This document shows, piece by piece, positions 11,427-23,790 of a DNA stretch of 64,000 nt. Within the stretch, counting starts at the first letter, position 1, and every line of letters begins with the position of its first letter. The position numbers and the translations under genes are program-made. Source of the DNA: Balanoglossus misakiensis (lineage: Eukaryota > Animalia > Hemichordata); NCBI GenBank assembly GCA_040954595.2, contig JBECUI020000033.1, positions 62,001 to 126,000 on the forward strand. Direction: 5' to 3'. Under the pieces are notes generated by a model. The model was not told the origin of the DNA. It ran no database searches and was given only the letters and a program-made list of their open reading frames with translations.

Positions 11427-12931
11427 GGTTTTCTTTCATTGTCAAAGAATTTTGAGGCATCCACCTGCTGGCTCCCCGTGTACCAGTGGCCAAAAAATTT
11501 ACTAGCGCAGTCCTTAAGAGGGTCCGCCGCAACTTGCAGGGTATGTTCCAGCTCTTCCTGTAGAACAGAAATTTTCTCTCGGGCCTCCGCTGTCTTCCGC
11601 AAGTTTCGAATCTCCCATGGATCGTTGTTTAAATCATAAACCTCATCATCGTCCCCTGGAGTGAAAATGTACTTCCACCCATCATCTGTAACAAGGGCAC
11701 GCTGGGAATAAAGAAAACGGAGACCATGAAATTCTGCCAGGAATTTTTTCCTCTGGAATCGTGAAGCCTTATTCTGTATGGCCGGAACCAGAGAAATCCC
11801 ATCGAGATCCTCAGGCAACTCAATACCGCAAAGCCCCATCAAAGTCGGCATAATATCCAAAATACTAGCAATATCGTTCCTGGAGCCCTGTTCTATCTGC
11901 CCTGGCCAGGAAAAAACGAGAGGAACCCTTAAAACATCCTCATAAAGGAAGCCCTTATCCATCAACCCCCCATGGCTGCCATTCATGTCGCCATGATCCG
12001 ATGACAAAACCACTATGGTATTTTCCCGAAGACCATTACGTTCAAGCCAGTCCAGCATTCGGCCTATCTCGTAGTCGATCATAGCGCAGGCATCGTAGTA
12101 CCGGGCAAGAAGAACACTTTGCTGGGCCCAGTTTCGGGGACGATCCCTAAAAAAATCATCTCGTTCGCGTGATAGGCGGCGGGGAAGGTTGGAAAGATCC
12201 TGGTCCCAATGGGGCCAGGGTGGAATGGCCTTGGGATCATGGAGGCCGTAGAACTCCTCTGAAGGCATAAAGGGGCCATGGGGGCCCCAGAATTGGCAGG
12301 AAACAAAGAAAGGAGAACCTTCCTTACGGATGTTTTCCATTTGTTCTATTGTCGTCTCGGTCAGGTAAGCAGCCGGTGTGGATACTTGCGGCCCCCCCCA
12401 TTGTCCAGCTATTAAGGTCTGTTTATTTGGATTCAGCCATATTTCTGGAACAGGCTTAGGAGAAAGCCCTCTAAGCTCAAGATAGTTAGCAAAACCCTTT
12501 GAAGTCAGGACATTTCCATACCCCGGAAGACTCAATCCCTCCCAGCCATAATCAGCTGGACCCTTCTTTGTTCCAATATGCCACTTTCCGACCCAAGCCC
12601 TTCTGTATCCGGCCGAAGAAAATTTATCGGCCAGAAACAGCCTGGGATCGGAAATCTCTCTAGCCAGGGAATAATACATATCGCAGTTAGTTCCCATGCC
12701 ATGCTTAAAGGCATACAAGCCAGTCAACATACTGGCACGGGCAGGGGAGCAGAGACTACAAGGTGTGTAGGTTCGGGTAAAATCCATCCCGCTTCTCACC
12801 AGCCTGTCCATGGCATCACTTTGGCACAGGGAATTACCATGGCTACCTAGAGTATCTGTGCGAAACTGATCCAAGCCAATCCATAAGATATTGGGTCTAT
12901 TGCTTTTCCTCATTTGACATCCTGAATCCAT
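11423..12931 (-). CDS. Formylglycine-dependent (Cys-type) sulfatase
   Basis: RPNIL, CSPARASMLTG, GKWH, SDHGD; overlaps next sulfatase by 4 bp. Confidence 0.93.
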   Translation of the reverse strand: MDSGCQMRKSNRPNILWIGLDQFRTDTLGSHGNSLCQSDAMDRLVRSGMDFTRTYTPCSLCSPARASMLTGLYAFKHGMGTNCDMYYSLAREISDPRLFLADKFSSAGYRRAWVGKWHIGTKKGPADYGWEGLSLPGYGNVLTSKGFANYLELRGLSPKPVPEIWLNPNKQTLIAGQWGGPQVSTPAAYLTETTIEQMENIRKEGSPFFVSCQFWGPHGPFMPSEEFYGLHDPKAIPPWPHWDQDLSNLPRRLSRERDDFFRDRPRNWAQQSVLLARYYDACAMIDYEIGRMLDWLERNGLRENTIVVLSSDHGDMNGSHGGLMDKGFLYEDVLRVPLVFSWPGQIEQGSRNDIASILDIMPTLMGLCGIELPEDLDGISLVPAIQNKASRFQRKKFLAEFHGLRFLYSQRALVTDDGWKYIFTPGDDDEVYDLNNDPWEIRNLRKTAEAREKISVLQEELEHTLQVAADPLKDCASKFFGHWYTGSQQVDASKFFDNERKP

Positions 12932-13415
12932 AGGCGTTCCAGAAGAGCTTAGGAACTATCTGTTTTGCTGGGAGCAAGAAGGCAGGCTTTTCCTGATGTT
13001 GACGATGATAACCTGTCAAAAGTACCCTATGTATAATGAAAACCATTCTATATTAAATGAGAAATCTAAGTCAATCTCGCTCTTAAGTTCCCCCACAACT
13101 CCCCATCCCCTTTTCTCTCCCCTCCTGAAAGGGCAAAACCACGTATGCGCATGAGACCTCTAGCACCCAGAGAACAGCTCTTTGCTCTTTAACAGCCAAC
13201 ATCCAACCAGACCTCGGATCCCCGTTATTTTACCCAGGAATGCAAAACCAACAGAGATTTCTTTTATAAGGACAATAAAAATCTCTGCAAAAACTCGATC
13301 TATGTAATTTTTCCTTTGATCGAGCGGCACACTCCAGGACAAGGAATAAGGTAGATTTTTCATCGTAAATACCCTGAAAACCGCTCTGGATTCCTCCATC
13401 GAAATAAATATTTTG

Positions 13416-13486
13416 GGCGTCCGGGCGGGCTTTCCGGGGCTTTGGTCCTCACGGACTGCCTTCGGCACCCCTTCAATCCCTGACGC
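13416..13486. repeat. Single copy of a ~71-bp structured GC-rich dispersed repeat (REP-like)
   Basis: 63/71 identical to the element inside the 285-bp array units (e.g. 27483-27553). Confidence 0.85.
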
Positions 13487-13656
13487 AACTCTCCCCCCTG
13501 GAGAGTCTCAGGCTTTAAGGTGCTTTCTGATCCCCTAGACTCTACAAACACTTAACCCTTTCTCATACTTAAATAGGAAACTTCATGGGAGGCGTGACGC
13601 ATAAACTTCCCTGTTAGCCTTCCAAGCAAACCGATCACAAGCCTTTTCAAGCAGCC

Positions 13657-15469
13657 AAACGGAATGGGGGGGGTCGGAATGGGGGTTCTCTATGGGGTAA
13701 AAAAGAAGCTTCTTTTCATCGGAGGTATTTCACTCAAGAACCGTAGAATTTCTAATGGAAACGGAATGGGGGGGGCGGAATGGGGGTTCTCTATGAGGGT
13801 AAAAAAGAAGAATCTTCTTTTCATCGGAGGACTTTCACTCAAGAACCGTAGAATTTCCAATGGAAACGGAATGGGGGGTCATGAGGGTAAAAAAGAAGAA
13901 TCTTCTTTTCATCGCAGGTATTTCACTCAGGAACCGCAGAATTTCTAATGGAAACCGAATGGGGGGGTCGGAATGGGGGTTCTCTATGGGGGTAAAAAAG
14001 AAGAATCTTCTTTTCATCGGAGGTATTTCACTCAAGAACCGTAGAATTTCCAATGGAAACGGAATGGGGGGTCATGAGGGTAAAAAAGAAGAATCTTCTT
14101 TTCGTCGGAGGTATTTCACTCAAGAACCGTAGAATTCCTAATGGAAACCGAATGGGGGTCTCTATGGGTAAAAAAGAAGAATCTTCTTTTCATCGCAGGT
14201 ATTTCACTCAAGAACCGCAGAATTTCCAATGGAAACGGAATGGGGGGGGTCGGAATGGGGGTTCTCGATGAGGGTAAAAAAGAAGAATCTTCTTTTCATC
14301 GCAGGACTTTCACTCAAGAACCGCAGAATTTCCAATGGAAACGGAATGGGGGGGCATGAGGGTAAAAAAGAAGAATCTTCTTTTCATCGCAGGACTATCA
14401 CTCAGGAACCGCAGAATTTCTAATGGAAACGGAATGGGGGGGGTCGGAATGGGGGTTCTCGATGAGGGTAAAAAAGAAGAATCTTCTTTTCATCGGAGGA
14501 CTATCACTCAGGAACCGCAGAATTTCTAATGGAATCGGAATGGGGGGGCATGAAGGTAAAAAAGAAGAATCTTCTTTTCATCGGAGGACTATCACTCAGG
14601 AACCGCAGAATTTCTAATGGAATCGGAATGGGGGGGCATGAAGGTAAAAAAGAAGAATCTTCTTTTCATCGGAGGACTTTCACTCAAGAACCGTAGAATT
14701 TCCAATGGAAACGGAATGGGGGGATCTATGGGTAAAAAAGAAGAATCTTCTTTTCATCGGAGGACTTTCACTCAAGAACCGCAGAATTTCCAATGGAAAC
14801 GGAATGGGGGGTCATGAGGGTAAAAAAGAAGAATCTTCTTTTCATCGCAGGTATTTCACTCAAGAACCGTAGAATTTCCAATGGAAACCGAATGGGGGGA
14901 TCTTTATGGGAGTCAAAAAGAAGAATCTTCTTTTCATCGCAGGTATTTCACTCAGGAACCGCAGAATTTCTAATGGAAACGGAATGGGGGGGGTCGGAAT
15001 GGGGGTTCTCGATGAGGGTAAAAAAGAAGAATCTTCTTTTCATCGCAGGACTTTCACTCAGGAACCGCAGAATTTCTAATGGAAACGGAATGGGGGGGGG
15101 TCGGAATGGGGGTTCTCGATGAGGGTAAAAAAGAAGAATCTTCTTTTCATCGCAGGACTTTCACTCAGGAACCGCAGAATTTCCAATGGAATCGGAATGG
15201 GGGTCTCTATGGGTCAAAAAGAAGAATCTTCTTTTCATCGCAGGACTTTCACTCAGGAACCGCAGAATTTCTAATGGAAACGGAATGGGGGGTTCTCGAT
15301 GGGGGTAAAAAAGAAGAATCTTCTTTTCATCGCAGGACTTTCACTCAGGAACCGCAGAATTTCCAATGGAAACGGAATGGGGGGTTCTCGATGGGGGTAA
15401 AAAAGAAGAATCTTCTTTTCATCGCAGGTATTTCACTCAGGAACCGCAGAATTTCCAATGGAAACCGAA
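13657..15469. repeat. Tandem array A: 19 units, period 88-107 bp, near-constant core with variable G-rich linker
   Basis: Core GGTAAAAAAGAAGAATCTTCTTTTCATCG..GAACCG(T/C)AGAATTTC(T/C)AATGGAAACGGAATGGGGG starts at ~13697, 13798, 13886, 13991, 14079 ... 15396. Confidence 0.97.
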
Positions 15470-15472
15470 ACC

Positions 15473-17835
15473 CTAGGGATTCTGGACCCTATCCAGAAGT
15501 TCTCTTACAACCCTCTGACAGTTCGAGACATCTTTCTTGAGCTGACCTATGGCTCTTTTCCCCTCAATGACATCTTGTGACCGGATAGCTTTCTCAAGTT
15601 TCGTACAAGCCTGGACAACCTGAGGCATCTCCATGTTCAAGGCGCTTCCCTTCATAGTATGAACCTTTCGTTTAAGCAGCTCCCAATTGTCTGTCTTGTA
15701 ATCCATATCTTTGAGCTCTTGTTCGAACTTTTGCATCAGAGGTTCCAGGAGGCTTTGCATAATCTGTTCATCGCCAAGAAAATTTTCTACTGCTGCGGTG
15801 TAGTCAAAAATAGCCTCCTCCTCATAGGATGACTGAGGGGTCTCTGCTGCCAAAGTAGCTGGGGAAATTTCTTCGAGATGCTTTTCAAGAAGAGGTAAAA
15901 TGTGTTTGCTTTTGAAAGGTTTGGTAATAAAATCCGTCATGCCGCAGGCCAAACAACGTTCTTTTTCTTCGGGGAGGGCACTGGCGGTAACAGCTATTAT
16001 AGGCATTGTGAGACCTAGTTCCCGAATTTTCCGGGCGGACTCATATCCATTCATCTCAGGCATTTGACAATCCATGAGGATCAGATCCAACGAGGTATCG
16101 ATGGCTAGTTTCAGGGCTTCCTTTCCGTTGACTACCTCTTTCACTTCGTACTGGTGTTTTTCTAAAATGGTTCTGATCAGCTTTCGATTTACTTCATGGT
16201 CTTCCGCTATAAGGACTCGTCCCTTTGAGTTGTAGCTGTTCCTGGGACTTGGTTGTTGGTCATGTTCAATAATCTCCAGTTCCAGCGTGTCGTCCATATG
16301 CACTTCTTTGTAGATTAGCCGAAAGATCTTTTCGGCTAATTGCTTTTGGCTAATGGGCTTGGTCAAGTGAGCATCAAACCAACCCAGCAGTCTCATTTTG
16401 GCTTCTAAACTGCCCTGTTTTCCTTTTTGGGACATCAGGATGAGACGAGATCCCAGAAAATTACCTTCGGAACGAATCTCGCTGGCCAGTCGCCAACCAT
16501 CCATTCCCGGCATTGTCTGGTCAATAAGAATAAAACCAAAGGGCTCCTCGTCTAAGGCCTCCCTCCGTATAAGTTCCAGAGCCTTGGTTCCGTTTTCAAC
16601 TTCAGAGACTGAATTCCCCAATCCTTCAAGACGACTTAGCAGACCGCGAATAACGCTGTTATCATCAATAACCAAGGCCTTAATTCCCTCATAAAAATTG
16701 GAAGGAATTACTGGAAGCACATTGGGATCTTCTTCTCCGCGAGCCAGCTCAAGGGTAAAGGTAAAAACAGAACCCACCCCTTCCTCGCTATCAAAGCTTA
16801 AAATTCCACCCATTTGCTTAACAAGGTTCTTGGAGATAACAAGCCCCAGTCCTGTTCCTCCATACTTACGGGTTGTAGAATTTCGGCCTGGTGGAAGGCA
16901 AGGAAGAGGTTTTGATGCTTATCCTTAGGAATGCCGATTCCAGAATCGGCTACATCAAAGCGTATAGAAGCCTGGTGCGGCTCCACTTTCTGGGCCTCAA
17001 CAATGAGCACTACATGCCCTTTATGGGTAAAATTGATTGCATTATTAATGAGATTGACAAGAATTTGCCGTATTCTCATTGGATCCCCCAGAAGCTGGAT
17101 GGGGAGTTGGGGATCCAGATAGAAACCGATATCAATGTTCTTGTCATGGGTTACCAGGGTTACCAGATCAATGGTTTTTTCTACCAGGTCGGCAAGTTCA
17201 AAATGCGTTTGTTCCAGGCTGAGCTGCCCAGCTTCCATTTTCGAGAAATCGAGTATGTCATTGATGAGGGCAAGAAGGACTTCGGCGGAAAAATGTATAT
17301 GGGAAGCATATTCGGCCTGTTCATGGTCTAAGAGTGTTTCCCTGAGAAGTTCGGTCATGCCTAAGATTGTGTGGATGGGAGTACGGATTTCGTGACTGGT
17401 GTTAGCTAGAAACTCACTTTTAATTTTAATGGTTTTTTTTGCCTCATCCCAGGTACGCAACAGGTTTTCTTCCAAAACTTTAAAGGTGGAAATATCGTTG
17501 AAAACAGCCAGGGTACCGGGTGACCCCTCGTAGTCACAACGAACAAGAATAACCTGCACCCATTTACCTCCTGTCAGTCGTAGGTGGGCACGTTGCGGCT
17601 GTTTAGTTTTCTTATGAACCCGAGCATAAACAGATCTCCAAATGCTCTGGTCTTCGTGATATATTAAGTCTTTGATTAGTTTAGGAAGACATCGGAGCTT
17701 CAGTCCCGACACGCTGCAGAAAGCTGAATTGACCTTTCTTATGATTCCTCCAGGGGCAATGTAAATAACCCCTTCAGGAAATTCGTGAAAGAATTCTTGG
17801 GAGATCATGTTTGCAAAAGAAGCGGTCATATTCAA
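15473..17835 (-). CDS. Hybrid sensor histidine kinase (PAS-HisKA-HATPase-REC-REC-HPt), frameshift near 16870
   Basis: FLANTSHEIRTP H-box, NLINNA N-box, DSGIGI, two receivers (ILIDQTMP, LMDCQMP), HPt VHTMKGSA. Confidence 0.92.
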
Positions 17836-18397
17836 TACTTGCCTTTGAAGCTTTTCCCCTATTAGTTTGGAATTTTTTAGGGCTCGTGAAATTTAAAAGA
17901 TAACAGAATAGGATTTCTTGTCTTCATGAGTTCTGTTAGAAGAGGGCATTATGCTTCCGACTGAGAGGTAGTAGGAAGGAAAAGTTTTCTCTTCTCGTTC
18001 TTCTGTTATCAGTAATTTCTTATTGCACCCAGGCAAAAAATTCCCCTATCAAAACTGATAAAAAGACTTTGAGTTCTGCACAAGCTGCGGAATAAAAGAT
18101 CATATTGCCTCCACAACAAAAAAGTTCCCCTTAGCTAGAACAAGCATAGTCTGTATCCTCGGGGATTGCTCAATCTATATGGTATATTTTAGTGCAATTT
18201 TAGCGACATCTCCAGAGATATTTCTAAAGTTGCCCCCCCCTGTTATCAATAAAAACATTACAAGGATCTTAAGAGAAAAATTATTGCTTCGATTAAAGTA
18301 TATAACGATTAACCTGGAAAAGAAAATAAAAAATCCTCTAGCTTCCTTAGGCTAGGTACTAATCAAGTCTTGAACCTTAACGCACGATAATAACTCT

Positions 18398-19552
18398 ATG
18401 AATTCTAACCCCTTATTGGAATTGGCTGTTCCTGTTCGATTCCTTAGCCTGGATACTGCACAGTGTTACCGCCGACTGGGTTTTTGGCGCCAAGGTCCAC
18501 GTAGCAGGGAAGCCTATTATGTATGGGATGATCAGGGACGCCTGACCTTGCGGGAAATAGGGGGAGAACGTGTTTTTTTAACCTACAACGAACAGGGTTT
18601 ATTGTCCACAGAATACGGCTTGTCCTCTCATGGGCATGTTATTTTTAGAGAATCTTGGACCAGGGACAGTCAGGGAAGGGTGGTCAGGAGACTGCGAAAA
18701 GACCTTAATTCTCCAGTAGAGGAATTGAGGGAGTATTCCTATGATGAGTCTGGGAGAGTAGTTTCGGAACACAGTGCTAACGCTCTACGGGTGGAAAAAC
18801 GAGATGTTCGGGGATTGGTCGTCCAGGAATATTTTCATAAAGATGGGCAAATAGACCGGATAAAGGAGTATGAGCACAACGCTGAAGGGCAGATCGTTCT
18901 TATTGAAGAACAAGATTCTGATGGAGGTAAGCTCCAGCGTACCCGTTGGCATAGAAATGCCTGGGGATGGCCAGAAAGAAAAACTACCGAAGACAAGCAA
19001 GGTTGTCTCACTGAAGAGGAATACTACACCTACAGTGCTGCTCACGGTACTCACTGGTTGGTAAGAACCACCTGGATTGTCCAGCCGGGAAGCCGAGACA
19101 AAAAAACTCCACATAGTGTTGTTTTCCGTTCCTTTGCCCTTGGTGGCAGTACTTCTTCCACTAGGCTCCCCGTTATCCGAGGACATTTAAATTTTCCCAA
19201 TGGTCTTTATGATGGAGATATTGCCGAAGGTTTTCCTGAGGGCCATGGACTCTTCCTGGGCAAGGACAAAAGCCGATACGAAGGAAGCTTTCATCGCGGC
19301 ATGTTGAATGGACCGGGACTTGTGGTCTGGCCTGATGGACGCCGTATGGAGGGGATGTTCCGTCAGGGGTATCTGGAAGGAGAAGGAATTTGCCGTTGGC
19401 CCAACGGAGAAGAATACAAGGGAGAATTCCGGATGGGTATGATGGATGGTCGGGGCACCTTTACCCGAAGAGATGGAGTGAGTTTTTCAGGCATTTTTGA
19501 GAATGGTAAGTACATTAGCCAGATGGCTGAATCGGTGGATACGGCCTCTTAA
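18398..19552 (+). CDS. YD/RHS-like repeat plus MORN-repeat protein
   Basis: N-half repeats such as WDDQGRL, YNEQGLL, YDESGRV; C-terminal YEGSFHRGMLNGPG-type MORN repeats. Confidence 0.75.
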   Translation: MNSNPLLELAVPVRFLSLDTAQCYRRLGFWRQGPRSREAYYVWDDQGRLTLREIGGERVFLTYNEQGLLSTEYGLSSHGHVIFRESWTRDSQGRVVRRLRKDLNSPVEELREYSYDESGRVVSEHSANALRVEKRDVRGLVVQEYFHKDGQIDRIKEYEHNAEGQIVLIEEQDSDGGKLQRTRWHRNAWGWPERKTTEDKQGCLTEEEYYTYSAAHGTHWLVRTTWIVQPGSRDKKTPHSVVFRSFALGGSTSSTRLPVIRGHLNFPNGLYDGDIAEGFPEGHGLFLGKDKSRYEGSFHRGMLNGPGLVVWPDGRRMEGMFRQGYLEGEGICRWPNGEEYKGEFRMGMMDGRGTFTRRDGVSFSGIFENGKYISQMAESVDTAS

Positions 19553-19579
19553 GGGGAACCTCAGCTGTGGACACCGCTC

Positions 19580-19918
19580 TTAGTCGTCTTCCTTCTTCTG
19601 GCTGTTTTGCTCAAGGAATTCTGCTATCTGCTGCCGTGTTTTCCTGCGTGTGCTCACAAATCTTCCCTGGACCTCTCCGCCCCTGAAAATCACCAAGCTG
19701 GGAATTCCAAGAATATCATACTCTTCTGCAAGGTTCGTAAAGCAATCTCTGTCTATTGTTGCAAAGTCGTAGCGGTCTCCAAATTCTTTTTCCAAGCCTG
19801 GCAAGGATGCTTTGATAACCTGGCAATCAGGACACCATTCTGCCGTAAAAAGGGCACAGAAGAGCTTTTCCTGGGAAGTCAGTGTCCGAAAATGTTCTAC
19901 TGAGTTTATTGCTTTCAT
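19580..19918 (-). CDS. Thioredoxin family protein
   Basis: WCPDC active site, GIPS cis-Pro loop; likely start MKAINS. Confidence 0.88.
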   Translation of the reverse strand: MKAINSVEHFRTLTSQEKLFCALFTAEWCPDCQVIKASLPGLEKEFGDRYDFATIDRDCFTNLAEEYDILGIPSLVIFRGGEVQGRFVSTRRKTRQQIAEFLEQNSQKKEDD

Positions 19919-19997
19919 AGATTTAATCTCAACAAGTTTGACAATAATGTCAAGTGTTTGGAACACATCAATTTTTTCGTATTGGCAGACATAGGCC

Positions 19998-20327
19998 TTA
20001 CTCGTCGAGCCTGATCTCTCCTAGAGAAGCCAGAGCCTTCAATGCTTCGTTCTTCTGCCTAACCTTTGTTTTTTTCACAGCTTTACTGATAACATTGTCC
20101 CATTGTTTTTCGGGTATCTCTGACTTCATTTCCTCAAGAAGAGACATGACCTCATCGCTTTCTATATTGTAAATTTTTTCTTGATCAAAAAAGAATCGGC
20201 TTACAAATTCGTTTATATAGTCACCAACGCTTCTGTTCCCCCGGTTACTTTTTCGGGCTTGCACGACCTCTTTCTTGCGAGTCCTACGTATTTCTCTATC
20301 TCGTTTAGCTAAATCAGTACGTTTCAT
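19998..20327 (-). CDS. Hypothetical basic protein
   Basis: 109-aa ORF with GGGAG RBS, in a co-oriented gene run. Confidence 0.65.
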   Translation of the reverse strand: MKRTDLAKRDREIRRTRKKEVVQARKSNRGNRSVGDYINEFVSRFFFDQEKIYNIESDEVMSLLEEMKSEIPEKQWDNVISKAVKKTKVRQKNEALKALASLGEIRLDE

Positions 20328-20394
20328 TATTATCTCCCATTCTTGGCGCCAAAATCGTATAGGAAGTGTTCTTAACAGTCAACAAGGTAAAAAT

Positions 20395-21183
20395 TCAATT
20401 CAGAAAAGAATACAACAAATCCACTCCGTCGTGAATGCCCCAGAGTTGCTGAGTCCTGTCACCAATGATGGTTGCCATCAGGAGACAGTCAAAATAGGTA
20501 ATTTCTGCTACTTCAGGAGCGTAAATATTTTCTGCTTCGTGAATTCTCAGCACATAGTTATTCTGGTAGTATCCCAGAACCTCGTTTTTAAAAATTTGAA
20601 CATCGGGATTGGCATCGTAAACCCTAAAAACTTCATCCAAGAGTTCCTGTGGAGGATACTCAAGGGAAAATGAAAAATGCAAACCATCCCGGTTATAGGT
20701 CCATATCCATTTCTGCGGGTCCGGCTCTTCTCCAGGGGAAGGAGCTAAGGCTCCAGGTTTTAAAACTCTGGGGAAATCTCTGTGGGGGGCAGCAGCTAGA
20801 GCCATGGCTCGGGATGCTGCTAATGTCACGGCAGTCAAAACCCCTTCGGGTTCAAGAGGGAGAGTTCCATAACGTTTAAAGCTGGAAAAACGGACAGAAA
20901 AAATGATGCCCCGGTATGTACTGCGGCCAAAGAGTCCGTCGTCATAATCTCGAAAAACCGACACCACAGGTTCTTCCCATCCAGGAGCCAATTCCTGCCC
21001 CCCTGCCGAGGAAACCCCGATAATCCCCAGGCTCAGCAGTACCGATAAGAATTTGATTAACGTGAAGCTACTTATCAAAGACAAAGGAAGAGTGGCCTCC
21101 TCTTGATAAAAATTTTCTTTAAGGAATTTCTTTTCCCGATCTTTATTCAGATTACTGAAGTCACTATATCCATAGCTTCCCAA
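20395..21183 (-). CDS. Hypothetical protein, probably exported
   Basis: Long ORF with an internal signal-peptide-like hydrophobic stretch; true start uncertain. Confidence 0.6.
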   Translation of the reverse strand: MGSYGYSDFSNLNKDREKKFLKENFYQEEATLPLSLISSFTLIKFLSVLLSLGIIGVSSAGGQELAPGWEEPVVSVFRDYDDGLFGRSTYRGIIFSVRFSSFKRYGTLPLEPEGVLTAVTLAASRAMALAAAPHRDFPRVLKPGALAPSPGEEPDPQKWIWTYNRDGLHFSFSLEYPPQELLDEVFRVYDANPDVQIFKNEVLGYYQNNYVLRIHEAENIYAPEVAEITYFDCLLMATIIGDRTQQLWGIHDGVDLLYSFLN

Positions 21184-21497
21184 AGTATCAAGTCAGGTAC
21201 TGATTTATCGGCACCGCAGCATTCTTTTTCCTTACCTTCTATACAGATTAAGCGGAGTACTTTACGTTCCTTGGGGAACTGGTTTTGTTTCCTTTAGTCT
21301 GATTTTGGCACATAGCTTCCCTTCAAAATGGACGTTTTATAGGGATTTTTCTAAAAATCATTAACGAAAATTAGAAATTTATTGCTTTCTCTTCTTGATT
21401 TTGGCTATCTTCTGCTTATATTTTTAACTTAGGCGGATGTTCAGAGCTTGGTCTTAAGAGGCTTGGTAGAATGCTCATCATCCTTAGAAGAGAGATC

Positions 21498-22920
21498 ATG
21501 CTCAAAAAAGAATTCCCTCAAATACATTATTTCAACCAGGATTTTGTAGATATTTATGACAAATCATGGGTATGGATGCCCGATTTCTGGAGAAACGCAG
21601 AGCCTTCTCTTGGGATTCCATACTCTTTTTATGCTTATCCAGAGTCCAATATCCTGAGTTTTTACGAGAATTGTCTGGCCTCATTCTTTTTGGTTTATTT
21701 CAACCGAAGGTATCCTGTTGGGCCCATGCTGGATAATTTCTATGCTTTACAAGAAGAATCTGGAGCCATTTACGGGGAATATGACTTGAAAACGGGAGCT
21801 CCCCGACGCACAAAGTCAAATCCTCAAGGACTCTGTCCCCCTCTTCTCGCTGGGCGGAGTACAACCTTTATCACAAAGTTGGGGCTAAAAAAAGAATGCG
21901 GGACATCATGCCGAAGCTTATGATGTATCACAACTGGATAGAAAAGAACTTCAAGGCTCCAAACGGCCTTTATGCCCCTCCCATGGAAGCCACGACGATG
22001 GGCAATACTCTACGAAAAAATGCCTTTTATCCCGTGGACTTCAATTCCCAAATGGCCATGAGTGCCCTTTATCTCTCGGCCTTGGCAGATATCCTTAACG
22101 ATAAGGAACTCAGTTTCCGTTATAAAAGGCAGTATTTTTCATTAAAAACCCGCATAAACTCTCTCATGTGGAATCCCAACAAGCAATTCTACTGTGATCT
22201 CAATGCCAAAGGGAAACGCCTGGGACTCAAAATTCTCTCTTGTGTTTGGCCACTTCTGGCGGAAATTCCCAACGAGGAAAGGCTGGAAGCCTTGGTCAGG
22301 CATCTAAAGGACCCATGGTATTTGGAACAGATAATCCATTCCCATCCATGGCTGCCAACGAAAAAGATTTCAGAGAAGAGGGCTATGGCTTCCGCGGTTC
22401 CGTGTTTCCCTCTCTCACCTACATGGTAATTAAAGGGCTGGAAAAATATCATTTGTACGACTTTGCCCGAGAAGCGACGATTCGGCACCTATACTTTATT
22501 TTAGACACCTACCATTCTGAGAGCGGGACCTCCGGCACCTTATGGGAAGCCTACCGGCCCAAACATGACGGAAAAGCCATCTGGCCTAAACATAGCAATT
22601 GGAACCGGCCTCTTTGCTTGGCCCATACGGGTCTGTCCACCATTGCCTTGATGATTGAAAATGTTGTGGGCCTGGACATTAGCCTTCCGCGCAAAACTGT
22701 CGACTGGTATGTTCCCACTTTGGAACTTATGGGTATAGAGAACCTTCCTCTTAAGCGCAATCGCATTACCATTGTTACCAATAAATCAAGTCGAGGCTGG
22801 GAAATTCGTTTGGAATCGGAAAAACTTTATTATTTCTCGGTACATCTTTTGGAGACGGATAAAAAAAAGATACTCCCCATCCCGTCGGGAAGATGTTCCA
22901 TGCTGATTAATAAACTCTAG
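21498..22920 (+). CDS. MGH1-like/trehalase-fold (alpha/alpha)6 glycoside hydrolase, two frameshifts
   Basis: Three overlapping ORFs; PVDFNSQM, LMWNP..FYCD, FRGSVFP, GTLWEAY. Confidence 0.75.
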
Positions 22921-23164
22921 GAAAAGTATACCTGTTCGACAAGGCTGGGGCATTATGAGAATGGACGATGGAAAATCTCTTGGAAACCGGGGTAGTGTCT
23001 CGGGTCGAACCCCTTAAGGTCGACACAGGTGAAACTGCAAGCGGGTAAGAGTCAGCATAAGCTTTTGGAACCTGGCAGGACCTTAAGGGGAGAGTTCTCT
23101 TAAAGGGAAGAATCTGAACTCAAGCAAGAGAGAAAGCCTATCGGTGTTGAAATTTTGTCATTGA

Positions 23165-23790
23165 TCACCAGGAATCCAGCCCCTGCCTTGCCCGTAGAGC
23201 CCGGGCAAGGCTGAGTTTATCCGCATACTCCAAATCTCCCCCTACCGGAAGCCCCGAAGCAATGCGGCTTACCCTAACTCCTTGCTCGCTTAGAACCTTG
23301 GCAACATAGAGCGCGGTGGAATCTCCCTCCAGGGTGGGATTGGTCGCCACAATTACCTCCTGCACGCCATTACGAAGAACCCGTTCCACCATGTGATCCA
23401 TACCAAGCTCTTGGGGTCCCACACCATCAAGGGGAGAAAGAACACCATGGAGCACATGGTAGAGACCAGAATACTCACCCGTCAGTTCAATGGAAGCCAC
23501 ATCCCTGGGCTGCTCCACCACGCAAAGAATGGAGTTTTCCCGATCTTCTGAGGTGCAGACCTGACAGAACTCGGCTTCTGTATAGTTGCCACATTCCCGG
23601 CAGGGCTTTATGAGGCTTCGGATCTCCAGAAGATTGTGACCCAGCTTTCTAACATAGGCCGGATCTGTCTCCAGAAGCCAGTAAGCCATACGGGCAGCGC
23701 TCTTTTTCCCAATACCAGGGAAGCGGGAAAAAAGATCAATGAGATGTTTTAGATGTTCCAAATCAGGAATTACTTCTATGTTCTGGGAAA
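23165..23790 (-). CDS. recR: Recombination mediator RecR (start uncertain)
   Basis: PGIGKKSA HhH, CRECGN..CQVC zinc finger, TOPRIM ATNPTLEGD, GLPVGGDLEYAD. Confidence 0.97.

Noticed and set aside
13657-15469. Array A as a CRISPR array (reverse strand contains AATTCTACGG, like the start of a Cas12a repeat)
   Set aside because: No complementary GTAGA arm; the core is too long and the linkers are reused modules, not unique spacers. The short ORFs across it are repeat artefacts.
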